DNA of 64,000 bases, from positions 91,512,001 to 91,576,000 of the forward strand of contig OZ024743.1 of the NCBI GenBank assembly GCA_964016885.1, in the 5' to 3' direction. The stretch comes from Eledone cirrhosa. Lineage: Eukaryota. Shown piece after piece: positions 10,820 to 28,333 of the stretch. The notes under the pieces are model-generated. The model was not told the origin of the DNA and ran no database searches. It was given only the letters and a program-made list of their open reading frames with translations. The position numbers and the translations under genes are program-made. The first letter of the stretch is position 1; each line of letters starts with the position of its first letter.

Positions 10820-13645
10820 ATGAAATTATTGTGTAAAGTGCTCAGGTGCACTACAACTCGTCAATATAGTACATAGAATAATACACAAATGTCAGGAAAG
10901 TACATGTGTGTATGTGTTAGCTGTAGTGTTGGCGGATCTCGGCAAACATGGTGGCCTTAAAGGATGCAGTGTCTCGACAGCTAACAACTGATGCAGGTAG
11001 TTTGTTCCATGCTTCAGCAACTCTGAGCGTGAAAAAATGTTTCCAAAAGTCATGGGAACTGTGCTGTTTTCTTACTTTGTGGGCATGTCCACGTGTGTTA
11101 GACACATGGAAATCAAAAAGGTACTCAGGGTTGTTGTTGGCAACATGGTTAACAATTTTGTGGGTGTTTACCAAGTCAGTTGCCAGGCGTCGGAGCTTCA
11201 ATGAATCCATGCCCAGGGAAGCAAGGCGCTCAGAGTATGGTAGATGCCCGATGGAGGGTATTCGCTTGGTTGCACGTCTCTGAACAGTTTCCAGGCGGTC
11301 AATGTCCTGAGCAAGATAGGGGTTCCAGACTGGTGATGCAAATTCTAAGTGTGGTCGCACCATAGCTGTATACAGCCTTAAATAGATATCCGGAGAGCGG
11401 CTGACAAAGGTCTTGCTGAGTGATGCTAAGACACCCTCGGCCCTCTTGACAATTTTAGAGACGTGCCTCGTCCAACGCAAATCGCTGCTGACCGTAATGC
11501 CCAGGTCACGTTCACAGGAAGACTTCTTGATATTAGTGCTGTGGAGGGAGTATGTGGACGCTGGGTTTTTACTCCCAAAATGCATGGTGGTGCACTTGTC
11601 CACAGCTAGCTTGAGTTGCCAGTCTGAGATCCATTGTTGCATTGTGTCCAGGTCAGACTGCAAGCAAGATCTATAGTGTTCAGGATCTGTCCTTTTTATC
11701 TCAAAGTACAGCTTAATGTCATCTGCGTACTTTAGTACCATGGCATTCTTTAAGTTGGCATCTATGTTATTAATATATGCCACAAACAAAAGGGGGCCAA
11801 GAACAGATCCCTGTGGTACACCAGATGACATCTCATATGGTGAGGAATGCTGTCCCAGAACCGTGACTACCTCTCTTCGACTGAGAATGAAGGACTTCAA
11901 CCAGTTAAAAAGGTCATCCTTCACACCCATTGCAGAGAGTTTTGCCATAAGCCTTTTGTGTGGCACAGAATTGAAGGCCTTCGCAAAGTCAAGGTAAACA
12001 CCATCCATCCATGAGCCGCCATCAGTGATCCGGGTGATGTCCTCAAGAAACTCTATAAGTTGATCACAGCAGCTGGAGTTGGGGATAAATCCAAATTGCG
12101 AGGGCCGGATAAGACTGTGAGAGCTCCAGAAGTTCCAAAGTGTTTCTCTGACACAGGATTCCATCAGTTTGGCGATGCAACTAGTAAGACTGACTGGACG
12201 ATAGTTCACAGGTGATGTGCGGTCACCCTTTTTGAACAGAGGAATGACACTGGCAGTTTTCCACTGTTCTGGAGTAGCACTATTGTTCAGACAGAATTGG
12301 AAGAAGTGTGATAGCTGGTGTAGAAGGAAGTACCCACCACGTTTAAGAAGCAGGTACGTAACACCTTCAAGACCAGGAGAGGCATGGTTGCGTTTAGTTT
12401 TTAGGTGACGTCGCAGCATTGCAGGTGTAAATTCCATGGTTGTAATAGAGTCCGGTGTCATAGGTGGTGGAGATTGTACACTCTGATCTTCAATAGTGAA
12501 AATGCCTGCATAGCATTCAGCAATGAGCTCTGCGCATTCCTTGGGGTCGTCAGTAACCTGGCTTGTGTGGCGATTGCGAAGAGGACCAAGTGGAGAGTGA
12601 GGCCTCTGCTTTGAATGAACATACTTCCAGAACACCTTACTGTCAGGGCTGGTTGCTATGCGCTGCTCAAATTGAAGCACTGCCTTTTTTGTCACCTGTT
12701 TGAGGTGGTTGGACGATCTATTTCGCCTCTTCCTATTAATGTCTGATTTGTGAAGTTTGTACTCACGTTCAGCATTGCGCCGTTCTTTTCTGGCAAGACG
12801 GACTGCTGCAGTCTCCCAAATTGCGCTTTTGGGATGTTTTTTCCGCTTACGTGGCACCAATGCTGCACATGCTGTCCATATTGAGCTCAGGATGTTCTGG
12901 AGTACAGTGTTGACATCTCCAGAGTCGTAGAACTCAAGCCAGTTTGGCCGTTGCAACTCGGTGCAGTAACAGTTCCAGTCTGCTTTATTCCAGTCAAAGT
13001 GAGCAGTTTGGAGATGGTTGTGGTTCTTGTTACTGCCCATGAGGGATAGATTGGCAATGATCATAGCATGATCAGAGTCACCTAAAGGTTCCTCAGCAGT
13101 AACACTAATAACCGTTTCAGGAGTAGTGGTGAAGAGTAGGTCCAAAGTGTTGTCACCTCTCGTTGGGGAGGTGACCACCTGGGACCAACTCGAGTCCAGC
13201 ACCAGCTCAAGGAAGTCATTTGCACTTGGCGGCCAACGAAAGGTCTCCCAGTCAATCTCAGGGTGATTGAAGTCACCTACAATGAAAACATAAGTGGCTG
13301 TCTTCCTGGCAGCAGCTCTGAGGATATCACAAAGTTGAGTGTCCCGATGGTAATTTGGGGGACGGTAAACTACTCCAAGTAGCAGTGTTGACATGGTCAT
13401 ACGTATATCGCAGAAAAAACTTCCTGCTGTGATTGGTTCAAATCAGCACAAGGAATTGCCGACAGATTTGACCGAACGTAGACCATTACACCACCACCAC
13501 GGCGATTAATGCGGTCTTTACGAAACAGGTTGTAGCCAGTCATGCTGAAAACCCCATCACAGAGTAAGGGATATGTCCAAGTTTCCGTGACTGTAATGAA
13601 GTCCGGGTTGATCCTTTTGACGTAGGAGTCAACGGATACTTTTGA
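10820..13645 (-). mobile_element. CR1-type LINE (APE endonuclease + RT), 5'-truncated
   Basis: ORF 10917-13400: YRPP, GDFNHP, SDH (APE); NYRPVSLTS, LDFAKAF, GVPQGSVLGP, YADD (RT). The APE N-terminus (ITVTETW..RKDR..GGGV) continues to ~13640 across a frameshift. The 3' tail recurs at 24640-24692. Confidence 0.93.
10917..13400 (-). CDS. LINE ORF2 (endonuclease-reverse transcriptase), N-terminally frameshifted
   Basis: 827-aa open frame with APE and RT motifs. Confidence 0.85.
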   Translation of the reverse strand: MTMSTLLLGVVYRPPNYHRDTQLCDILRAAARKTATYVFIVGDFNHPEIDWETFRWPPSANDFLELVLDSSWSQVVTSPTRGDNTLDLLFTTTPETVISVTAEEPLGDSDHAMIIANLSLMGSNKNHNHLQTAHFDWNKADWNCYCTELQRPNWLEFYDSGDVNTVLQNILSSIWTACAALVPRKRKKHPKSAIWETAAVRLARKERRNAEREYKLHKSDINRKRRNRSSNHLKQVTKKAVLQFEQRIATSPDSKVFWKYVHSKQRPHSPLGPLRNRHTSQVTDDPKECAELIAECYAGIFTIEDQSVQSPPPMTPDSITTMEFTPAMLRRHLKTKRNHASPGLEGVTYLLLKRGGYFLLHQLSHFFQFCLNNSATPEQWKTASVIPLFKKGDRTSPVNYRPVSLTSCIAKLMESCVRETLWNFWSSHSLIRPSQFGFIPNSSCCDQLIEFLEDITRITDGGSWMDGVYLDFAKAFNSVPHKRLMAKLSAMGVKDDLFNWLKSFILSRREVVTVLGQHSSPYEMSSGVPQGSVLGPLLFVAYINNIDANLKNAMVLKYADDIKLYFEIKRTDPEHYRSCLQSDLDTMQQWISDWQLKLAVDKCTTMHFGSKNPASTYSLHSTNIKKSSCERDLGITVSSDLRWTRHVSKIVKRAEGVLASLSKTFVSRSPDIYLRLYTAMVRPHLEFASPVWNPYLAQDIDRLETVQRRATKRIPSIGHLPYSERLASLGMDSLKLRRLATDLVNTHKIVNHVANNNPEYLFDFHVSNTRGHAHKVRKQHSSHDFWKHFFTLRVAEAWNKLPASVVSCRDTASFKATMFAEIRQHYS

Positions 13646-13680
13646 CGTAATTGAATATTACATATATACACAAACTTCTT

Positions 13681-14115
<435 letters not shown>

Positions 14116-14347
14116 ATTATACTGTAATAACAACCTTCAAGCTACAACTATATCTTTCATTGGTGAGATAATTTTATATTGTATTTTTAATACAAGGTTT
14201 TTTACAGAAAACTTATGTATGTTGTATATAACAAATTTCCTGAAGGAAGAAAATATACTAGAGGTATATTATCTCAGTAAATAGATACCAGAAAGTTTAA
14301 AGTATTAATAATTTGATTTCTCAATTATTATTTTTTAAATCTTAACT

Positions 14348-14981
14348 GTAATAAAGAAAGGGGTGCGGGACTGCGTCCACCTTATATGTTTTTATTATCC
14401 CATTAGTAAAATAAGTTGGATTACTTTGAATAAATAATTGTTTCTATTTTAGGCACAAGGCCAGCAATTACCCAGTACATTACTGGTACTATATTTTATC
14501 GACCCCGTAAGGATGAAAGGCAAAGTTAACCTCGGCGGGATTTGAACTCAGATCATAAAGGGACGTAACTCTATGCTTCAAAGCATGGTGTCCGACTCTC
14601 TACCGATACTGCCAATAATGAATGAATATTAAATAATTTATCTACTAAATTTGTTGCTTAGTTAAAGATTCACTTCTTTAAAATTTTTAAATGTCAACAC
14701 TTACGGTTAGCGATCGCTTAAATAAACATTCATATATTTCCGTCACTAATTTTCTCCTAATGCAGTTTATATATAATATCGTCTTTTTTTAATGTATCAT
14801 GGATTACGTTACTGATTAAATAAGACAGTCTAACGTAGTCTTCGTTCAATTTCTGTGTATATTTTCAATTACGATTTTATTTGATGTATCATATCTACAT
14901 GTATATATACTTGCGTATAATATCAATATGCACACTATACATGCTAGCTGAAAACCACCCGAGGGGTGGTTTTTCTGCTAG
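14348..14981 (+). mobile_element. Non-autonomous Helitron-like element with a nested SINE
   Basis: Homologous to 30008-30480; ends in the hairpin ctagctgaaaaccacc-cgag-ggtggtttttctgCTAG. Confidence 0.6.
14437..14617 (-). mobile_element. tRNA-derived SINE (Nin/Deu-domain type)
   Basis: A box (tggcagtatcggtag), B box (gagttcaaatccc) and gcctttcatcctt..gtcgataaaat..gtaccag core. Other copies: 24781-24970, 33267-33450, 43723-43905, 52808-53000 (+), 48348-48530 (-); partial at 24695-24770 and 30908-30980. Confidence 0.85.
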
Positions 14982-15109
14982 TTGTCTTTAATTAATAATC
15001 ATTTAATGGGCTCAGTGTGACATAAGCAAAATGTGTAAACTAAACCTATAATTATACTGTGATGACTGTCTTTCCATTGATGAGTGTATATATCAGAAAT
15101 ACAATTTGC

Positions 15110-15209
<100 letters not shown>

Positions 15210-15529
15210 TTATATATATATATATATATAACGAAGGAAGTGTGGTAAGGAACCAGATGGACCATAATGCACCAGAGTACTCAATACTTAGGGTAGTAGA
15301 GTGGGTAAAAGAAAATGTTCAAGACCCCGACCGATTGCGTAGGACCTACCTCGCCCTTAAACTCCCTCATGACCCGGGTGGGTAGACAATGGCTGCAACA
15401 TCCTTCTTTTCCCCACTTGCCGAACAAGATAGGGGAAACCCCAGCATACATAGGTAGATGTACTTCTTTTCCTGTTTTCCCTTTATCTCCTCTTCTCACT
15501 TCCTTCCACTCCCACCCCTCTTCATATAT

Positions 15530-16620
15530 ATATGTGGCCGGTGCTCAGGTGCAATAAGTAGCAGCAAGTGCCCACAGGATACTAGCTCCTTCTATTGCCC
15601 AGATGCTTCTATAGAAATAGTGGACACCTTCTGTTACCTGGGTGACAAAATCAGCAGTGGTGGAGGGTGCTCTGAAAGTACAGTAGCTAGAGTCAGAATG
15701 GGATGGAAAATGTTCAGAGAGCTTATACCACTATTGGCCGCTAAAGGGTTCTCTCTGAAAATGAAAGGCAGATTGTATGATGCCTGTATACGAACAGCAA
15801 TGTTACATGGCAGTGAGACATGGGCATTGTGTGCAGAGGATCTGCGCAGACTGGAGAGGAACGAAGCATCCATGCTCCGTTGGATGTGTAATAGTAATAT
15901 ACGTGAACGGCAAAGCATAAATGAACTAAGTGAGAAATTAGGAATAAGAGGGATCAGATGCTGTTTACTCGAAAGAAGGCTACGTTGGTATGGTCACGTG
16001 ATGCGCATGAAAGACAACAGTTGTATAAAAAAGTGCAAGGCGATCAAAATTGATGGAAGTTACGGAATAGGTAGACCCAGAAAAACCTGGGACAATTTGA
16101 TAAATTCCGACCTCACACACTTACACCTCTCTAAGACAATGTCACTGGACCGAGATCTTTAGCACGACGCAGTAATACAGAAGACCCACCTTGCCTAAGT
16201 ACAAAGCGAAACCTAGTCAGTAGGCACCTCTTAATCAAATATACACCCCATATCACTACCCCTACTCCAGCCCACCCACCCCACTCCCACCAACACCACC
16301 CTTTCTCTGTAAAGTTATGTTGGTACCACAACATCCAGTCCAAAATAAATGAGGTCGTGTAGGTGTCACGACAAAAACACACAGTCCACGCTGTAATGTG
16401 GCTGTGTAAGTAACACGGTAAAAACCTCCCAGTCCACACTGTAAACGTGGTTGGTGTTAGGAAGGGCATCCAGCCGTAGAAAACCTGCCAGACAGCCCTA
16501 TACGAGCGAGACATGGTCACCCGACCAATCTTGCCTCAAGTAGGACAATTCCCGTCTAAACCCATGCTAGCGTGGAAGATAGACGTTAAACGTTGTTGAT
16601 AATGATGATGATGATGATGA
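15530..16620 (+). mobile_element. RTE-clade LINE 3' fragment with 3' UTR containing 48-bp units and a (GAT)n tail
   Basis: ORF 15458-16162: EIVDTFCYLG, MLHGSETW, RRLRWYGHVMR, GRPRKTW. Confidence 0.9.
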
Positions 16621-16692
16621 TATATATATATGAATGTATGTATATATCAGAAATACAATTACCGTATATATAAATAAATATATATATATATA

Positions 16693-17025
16693 TAGTGGTT
16701 AGAGCATTGGGCTTGCAATCGAAAGGTTGTGAGTTCAATTCTCAGACCGGGTGATGTGTTGTTTCCTTGAGCAAGACACTTTATTTCACATTGCTCCAGT
16801 TTACTTAGCTGTAGAAATGAGATGATAGGACTGGAGTCCCTATCATTCCACTGCAAGGTGGTCGTGGAGGTGCCACGACAAAAAAGCACCCAGCACTCAC
16901 TGTAAATAAGGTTGGTGTTAGGAAGGGCATCCAGCTGTAGAAATCAAGCCAGAATCAGTTCTCGTCCCACCCTTGCAAGCAGGGAAAAGCGGACGTAAAA
17001 TGATGATGATGATGATGATGATGAT
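16693..17025 (+). mobile_element. tRNA-derived CORE-type SINE with an RTE-derived tail
   Basis: A box tagtggttagagc, B box gagttcaattc, CORE-like tccttgagcaagacacttt, then the RTE 3' end and (GAT)n. Confidence 0.7.
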
Positions 17026-17460
17026 ATAGATAAGTAGATATATATTAGGATTGAGATCTTTGGTGTTATACAGTGATACAGAAGTCACGCCTTCCCATGT
17101 GCACAGACTCAAACATACACCTAGTAGACACCTCTTAACCACTATACTCACTCCTGTTTACACCACCCTTACACTGTGAACAAAATATATCCAGCCCACA
17201 CGGTAAAGTGGTCATGTAGGTGTCTTGGCAAAAAGTGCTCAGCCCATATTGTAAAGTGGTTGTGTTGGAGTCACTGCAAAAACCCAGCACACACTGTAAA
17301 TGTGGTTGGCGTTAGGAAGGGTATCCAGCAGTAGATACCTAACCAGAAACAGTCCTATATGAATAAGACAGGGACACCTGACCCAACTTACTTCAAATGG
17401 GGCGACCCATGTAACACGTTTTAGTGTGGAAAATGGACGTTAAATGATGATGATGATGAT

Positions 17461-20400
17461 ATAACTTTGATAGGTTTCAGCCATGTATAAATTAATAGCA
17501 CCACCTGGCGAAGACTTTCAAATCAGGATTTGGACACCATGGTCCACCTAAGAAGGGAGTTATTGTTTACAGAGACATATCCGGGTGTAGGAGGTTTATC
17601 TGGGATTTCTTGAAGGTATTTATCCAAAGGCTTTTTGAATTTTATGCGGTCTGTTTCTGTTTTCATGTGTTTTTGCGTAATTTAAAGAGCGGGACCAATT
17701 GAGGTGAAATAATTGTGCCGTAATGTTGTTATGAGTTGCAAGTTTGATTTTCGTAGTGGGCAGATAGCACGAGGCCTAAGCCTTAGGTGTACTTTAAAGA
17801 TGATGCCAACATCATATGGGCAATGCTGATGGAATAGTTTCCACATCATGCAGATAATGTAGCGCTCACAGCGACGTTGGAGAGAATAAATGTTGAGCTT
17901 TTCTAATCGATTCCAATAGTCAAGGCCTGTTATGCTATCTATCTTTTTTGTGATTAACCTTCGAGGCACCTCAATTTTAATAATACTTTGTTTTGTGTGG
18001 GGAGACCACAGTGGACAACAATATTCAAGGTGGAGTCAAGCAAAGGTAGAAAAAAGAAGTATAATAGTGTGGATATCTCTCGACTGGAAAGTTCTGAGAA
18101 TCCATGAACACATTCTGCGGGCCATGTCAATTTTGCTGTTGATATGAGTGGCCCAGCTCATGCTGTTATTGACAATTACTCCTAAGTCTCTGGTGTTGTT
18201 GGATGCCACAAGAGTTTCACCTGAAGATAGGGAATATGGGAGTTTCAGTGCATCTTCTCCAAAATGAATTAATTCAAGTTTATCCTTGTTCAGCAGCATA
18301 TTGTTCTTTTCCGCCCATTGGATAACAGCCAGTAGGTCTGACTGAAAGCATGTCTGGTCACCTACTCTGTTGATGATATTGTGAAGGTTGGAATCATATG
18401 CAAAGATTCTCATGTTGCTGTGCTTGATGTCAGTAACATCATTTATATAGATAATGAAAAGAAGTGGGCCCGATACAGTGGAATGCCACTACTGACTTTG
18501 GCTGGGCTTCATTGTGCTCATCATCATCATCATCATCGTTTAACGTCTATCTTCCACCTTCGACTATAACATGTTGGGTTCTGTTTGAGAGGAAACACTT
18601 GATCCCTTGCAGCAACTTTTCAGAGACACCAATGTTGGATAGTTTTTTCAATAGAACGTTGTGATCAACCCTGTCAAAGGCCTTGCTGAAATCAAAGTAG
18701 ATGACATCAGAGTTGGAGCCCTCTCCAAAAGTTCTCAAAATGTCATGAAAGTGATGCAGTAGCTGCATTAGGTAATCCCTTACATGGAGTTCAGTAGATT
18801 GTTGCTTTCAAGAATGTGAGTTATTTGTTATCTCACCACCCTCTCAAAAACCTTAATGATACAAGAGGTGAGTGAGATTGGATGGTAATTCACTGCAAGG
18901 GACTTATTTCCCTTTTTGAAAACTGGGACAACAGACTTGGATAGTAAATTTTCAGGTATATATCCAGCATCCAGTGAGTTCCTCCACAGATTAGCAAGAG
19001 GAGATGCAAGTTGGTGTCGATGCACCTTCAGGACACAGACAGGGAACCTGTCGGGGCCTACTGCTGAATTGTGTTTCATTTATTGCCGCTAAGACATCAG
19101 GGGCACCAAACGTAATGTCTAATATAGAGTATTGGGGATTAGCATCATTGATATAGCCCACATCGGCCATATCAGGATTGCTGAAAACAAAGCAGTATTG
19201 TTTCTGTAGTATCTCACCCATGGTTTTAGTATTATCTTGGAATGTGCCATTTTCATCAATTAGAGGGCCGACAGTGGGCACAGTGATTTTGTGTTTTTTT
19301 CCAAATGAAAAGAACACTTTGAGATTGAGTTTGATTTTCTTAATGGCCCAAGCCACATCATGCTGTTTTGGTGGTTGTGTTTTTTTACTTTAGTGATGTA
19401 ATAGCAGTCAAATGGGTGTGTTGCTGCTGGCAATATTCAAGTTTGTTGATTTTTTGTTAATTCTTTTAATTTTTCTGATAAGTGTTCTTCTATTTCTAGG
19501 GATTTTGCACTTAGATTTGTTCACAGATCTTAATGGGGTTTGTTTTGCACATATATTTGTTACAGTGTCTACAAATGTCTGCCATGATTTTTTTATGTTA
19601 ATGGGTGTGTGTGTGAGTGTGCGTGAATGACCAATCGACATGTGCAAGATCATGATTGATCGTTTCCCAGTTTGCATTATGAAGATCCATGGTGTCAAAT
19701 GGATGAACTGGAGAGATGTCATTGGGTTTGCTTTTTGGACGGTGGAATCTCAGATCACAGAGAATCATGTCATGGTCGGAGAGTAGAATTTTTTCCACTA
19801 CAAAATTGTGGATAGTGTCAGTGTGGTTACTGAACATCAGGTCCAAGATGTTTTGTGGAACCTTGTTGGTTTGAGCAAAAGTTGGGATGGGAAAAACTCA
19901 TCCATGAAGTCAAGAAGCGATTCTACTGCCTCGTTGTCGGGGCTGAGGTGGAAAACCTGGTATGAAGCTGTTTGCGCACCAGTCAACACCGGGACGGTTG
20001 AAGGCCCCTATCATTAAGATGTTGCCAGGGCGACGTTGTTGGATGAAACACTTTATGTTGCTGAGGCATTCTTTGAAGCGTTTGAGGTGGCCTATAGAGT
20101 GCAACTAGTATTAAGTAGTTGGTTTTACTGTACACAGGGACTGCTTCACAGTATCCATTGGTAAATATGTCCTTAGCCTCTGTTGAAAAAGAATCATGTA
20201 CAAAAATGGCAGTTCTGCTCTTTCTTCTGCAAGCACAATCTGCAGGGATAGCTTTAAAATTCTTCACTCTCACCCCAACTTCTAAGTGGAGGTTATTGAG
20301 ATAGATCTCGGTGAGGACAAAGAAAGGGATGTGGTTAGGACGGTCAGCAACCCAATCCTCAATAAATTGGATCTTCCATTTTTGAGTATTGGTAGAAGGA

Positions 20401-20480
20401 CTGATGCCTTGTGCATTAAGCAAAAAAGTAGTGGCTGATTTTGATTGTTTTGGAGGTTTGTTTTTTAATGGCAGCAATGG
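17461..20480 (-). mobile_element. Degenerate CR1/Jockey-group LINE (APE + RT)
   Basis: Fragments: LLNAQG, VLTE, LYRPP, GAFNRP, LSDHD, NYHPISLTS, FDFSKAFDRVDH, IFAYDS. Same-family pieces occur at 21590-22075 (+) and 46557-46690 (3' end). Confidence 0.88.
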
Positions 20481-20725
20481 GAGTTTTTGCAGTGGGGTGG
20501 TAGTGGAGGGTGATGTTGGGTGATGGGTAGAATGATTTTTGTAGTTCTTTTGCCAGATTCATTATGGTTAAAAAAGAGTTTTCCAGTTTGGGATTCCGTG
20601 TTACATGTGTGTGTGTATTCAAGTTTGTTTTAGCATTTGGTGAAGTTATTGGTGGAGGTGGTAGTGGCGTTATTTTGGAATATGTGCTTTAGTGTCAACT
20701 GTTGTTGTTTGTAGATATATAGAAA

Positions 20726-20801
<76 letters not shown>

Positions 20802-20813
20802 TACACGCATACA

Positions 20814-20896
<83 letters not shown>

Positions 20897-21589
20897 TAAT
20901 ACAAGGACGAATGGTTAAGCCTTCATTATGTTTATTGATCAGCTTAAGGTTCGATCTGTATCGATCTGGCCCGACCCTGGAATCAAAAGCTCGTCGGACC
21001 TCCAACGACCTTTTGAACAGAGGTGTAGATCTCCGAAACTTTGCCCCCTTCCCTATCCCTTTTCTTCAAAGCTTGTTGTGTTTGGATGGTTTGGAAGTTA
21101 TATTCATTGATATGCATGACAATAAAATCGTAGAGAAAATTCTGAGAACTTAGGAGTTATCCGGGGGAGGGGTGAACCACCTCACTCCTCTGTTTCCCTG
21201 GGGAAAAAATCGATTTCAAGCATCTTGGAGGTCTGATTAGTTGATAGTACATGAAAAAACCCGAAAAAAATTTTTCTCACTAAAATCAAGTGGGTGTTGT
21301 ATAATATAACCCACACCAAAACACATTCTACCATGCCAGACAACCCTTTATGTTAATTTTATCCCCTCAGCCCTACACAAAAGTTTGAGTCATCGGCTAC
21401 ATATGATTCATTGGTTTTTTCTTTGAAAGAGAAAAAGAAGGGGGAAAAGAAAACCATGACATGGTATTTTGTAACCTGAGATTCCACCAGCCAAAAGTTT
21501 AATCTGATTACCTCTTTCCAGCCCAATCATGTGATAATATAGATCTTCATAATGTAAACTGGTTTTCACACAAACACACACACACACTG

Positions 21590-22075
21590 CCACCAACATC
21601 AAAACATGCATGATGACCTTCATCAATAACCAATGGCCCAGTCCATTGACAAAATTAAACTCAAACCCAAAATATTCTATCCATTTGCCAAATATCACAA
21701 GGCCGCTGTTACAACTGTTGGGCTTCTGATTGGTGAGAATGGCACACTCCGAGACAATGCTAAAACCCTGGGTGAGAAACTGCAGAAAAATACTGCCCTG
21801 ACTTCAATAATCCTAATATGGCTGACGTGGTATGTATCAATGGTATTAACCCCCTACACACCATATCTGACAAAACGTTTGGTGCCCATGTCATCTTAGT
21901 GACAATAAACAGAATTAAACACAAGCCAACAGTAGGCTCCGATAGGTTCCTTGCTACTGTCCTGTAGGTGTGTCGAGACCAGCTTGCATCATCTCTACAT
22001 AATCTCTGGAAGAACCTACTGGATGTAGCCTATTTCCCTGAAGATGTTGTACCCTAGATTATCGTCCCAGTTTTT
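21590..22075 (+). mobile_element. Fragment of the same LINE family as 17461-20480
   Basis: Reverse-complement homology to ~18920-19400 (e.g. VTTVGLLIGENGTLRDN vs VPTVGPLIDENGTFQDN). Confidence 0.75.
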
Positions 22076-22139
22076 TAAAAATTAGGAGTTTCTTACCTAA
22101 ACGACACTATATAGAGGGTAGTTCCTAACGATTGAATGT

Positions 22140-25470
<3,331 letters not shown>

Positions 25471-25741
25471 CATGAAAAAGATCATACTGACTATAGTTAT
25501 TCCACAATATTTAAAATCCAAGGCCCATGTTACCATTTAATCGGCAGTTTACTCCCCCAGACTAATAAGGAAGTTTTATGATTGCTATGTTTGTCTCTCT
25601 CACACACACTCACCCACCCACACATTTCGGTCTCACCTCGTACCAGACTCACATTCAATACGGTCGTTTTCTCTTTTATCCATCTTCTCTTAACTATTCT
25701 CCCGGGCGATGCCAGGTACCTCAGCTAGTATATATATATAC

Positions 25742-26246
<505 letters not shown>

Positions 26247-26339
26247 ATCATACTCTGCTCTGTAAAAACATCGAGTGCTCAAACGGCTTACCGCATACGG
26301 ACGCTTTAAGCATCCCACATCAATTATATATATATATAT

Positions 26340-26890
26340 AGTTTTAATATAGATGAGATTCTACAGGACTAGAACTGTTTCATTCTTTGAACTGGTTTAT
26401 AGAATTCTCTTGGCCTTTGTCACTCTAAGTAGAGCTTTAAAGAATTAGCTTTTAAGGAATTTCCATTTTCTTTAAATCCATCAACCATGACCGACCCCCA
26501 ACCATCTTATAGACACCTGAAATATAGGCATTGTTAGCTTAAGAGAAACTTAAAAATAAGGAGTAGCACCCTAATTTGAACTTGTTTATAGAATTCTTTC
26601 TGCCTTTGTCACTCTAAATATAAATTATAGCCTTAAAGAATTAGCTTTTAATGAATTCCTTTTTCTTTCAACCAATGACCTCCACCCATCCCACTCCCCA
26701 CCCTCTCCTACCACCTGAAAAGATATAAATACCACAACATTTATTTTGGACAGACAGATTCCTGATGATTTCTAAAGAATGTAACAGTTCTAGTCCTGTA
26801 GAATTTCAACTATATTAAAACTTTTATACTCTGCTATGTATTGAGTACCTTACTTACTGTGGTTACCTCCGATTCAACCCGGAATACCTT
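26340..26890. mobile_element. Non-autonomous (TA)n-inserted element with inverted ends, internal direct repeat and hammerhead (26756-26806, GAAA mutated to GTAA)
   Basis: 26341-26390 is inverted at 26775-26821; 26395-26475 resembles 26582-26670; homologous to 23390-23525, 30495-30640 and 46125-46270. Confidence 0.7.
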
Positions 26891-26891
26891 A

Positions 26892-26926
<35 letters not shown>

Positions 26927-27095
26927 GTTGTATTTGTTGTTGTTTTTTTCTTCTTAATTATTAAATATTCTTTACCTAGGACTTCTGATATTTTCTATGA
27001 AAGCAACGTTTTTGCATTGGCTCCTAAAGTACTACTGTGGGCTCCCGAGGGGCCCACTTGCCATCAGGCAAGCTGACGACCTGACAAGTCCGCCA

Positions 27096-27185
<90 letters not shown>

Positions 27186-27338
27186 AGTATATGTTGGTTG
27201 TTTACCGACACCTCAGTATGCAGATTGGAGCACTCGACGAAGTACGCAGGTTGGTTTGTTTATTCCGGAGTAATGTAAAATAAAATAAGTAAGTGAAATA
27301 TGCAAAATTTGGCTTCGTTTATTATAAATTATAAATAT

Positions 27339-27393
27339 ACTGCTATATATATTTCGATGACAGCTATTATTGGCTGTGGCCTCTTCAGGCAGT
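27339..27393 (-). ncRNA. Type I hammerhead ribozyme
   Basis: Minus strand: actgc-CTGAAGA-ggccacagc(caataata)gctgtcatc-GAAA-tatata-TA-gcagt. Confidence 0.82.
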
Positions 27394-28130
27394 CCGAATT
27401 GGTGTGGAAAAGACAGGTACACATGTTGGTGAAGTGTATTTCACTCTGTCAATACATCGATATGTCCAGCTCCTGGTTGTGTTGTTAGTTCTCCGAGGAA
27501 CTGGGATCATATGTGCTATAACAAACGAATTTCAGCGTCATAGGACACGCTCTTATCCCATTGGTCAGTTGTGAGACCACTCCTCAGTCAAAAGTCTATA
27601 GAAATTCTTCTGGGGCAGGTCAGTCTATTATAGTTGTTTTTGTCAGAATGTTTAAGTACAGCTGACCTCCTTCACTGTGTTGGTAGTGGTAGTGGTGTTA
27701 AGGGGTCAGCTAGCAGGTTAACTTTAGTATGCTGCTGCTATGGTCTGAAGAATTTAAGTGTGTAGGCTGGCACCCACCATTTCACGTAGTGGGGGACGCC
27801 AAACAAATAAAGAATGCGTGTGTGTTACAACCAATATCAAACATTTTGAAAAATATAAACTGAAATAAAAAACCTGTGTCAGAATCGAGAAGTGTAAAGA
27901 GTTACAATTCTCATTTTATCATAGAGTACGTACGTGTGATTGTCCGTCAACTCACACCGTTACGTGTGCACACGTATAAACACAGGCTCGGTGCATTCAC
28001 CTATTTACGTCCACACAGTCTAATAAAAGATGGGTTCGTTTTAAAAACAAATGAGGTAAAAGTGGTGTGAAAAATACCAAAAAACCTGTGTCAAAATCCA
28101 GAAGTGTAAAGGACTACAATTCTTATTTCA

Positions 28131-28202
<72 letters not shown>

Positions 28203-28333
28203 GTGAGGTTTTTTTTACAAAATGAAAAATAATCGAGGTGTTCTACACGAGTGAAAGTATAAAGAAAAAAAGATGAAATCGAAAATGCAACTGGAGTCTT
28301 ATTTAAAAACATATATATATATTTATTTGGTTC

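Noticed and set aside
20930-21002. Possible minus-strand hammerhead (CCGACGA..aagc)
   Set aside because: The core is mutated and no GAAA follows stem II.
27000-27075. Possible minus-strand hammerhead (CTGATGG..AAAA)
   Set aside because: Two core mismatches and weak stems; at best a relic.
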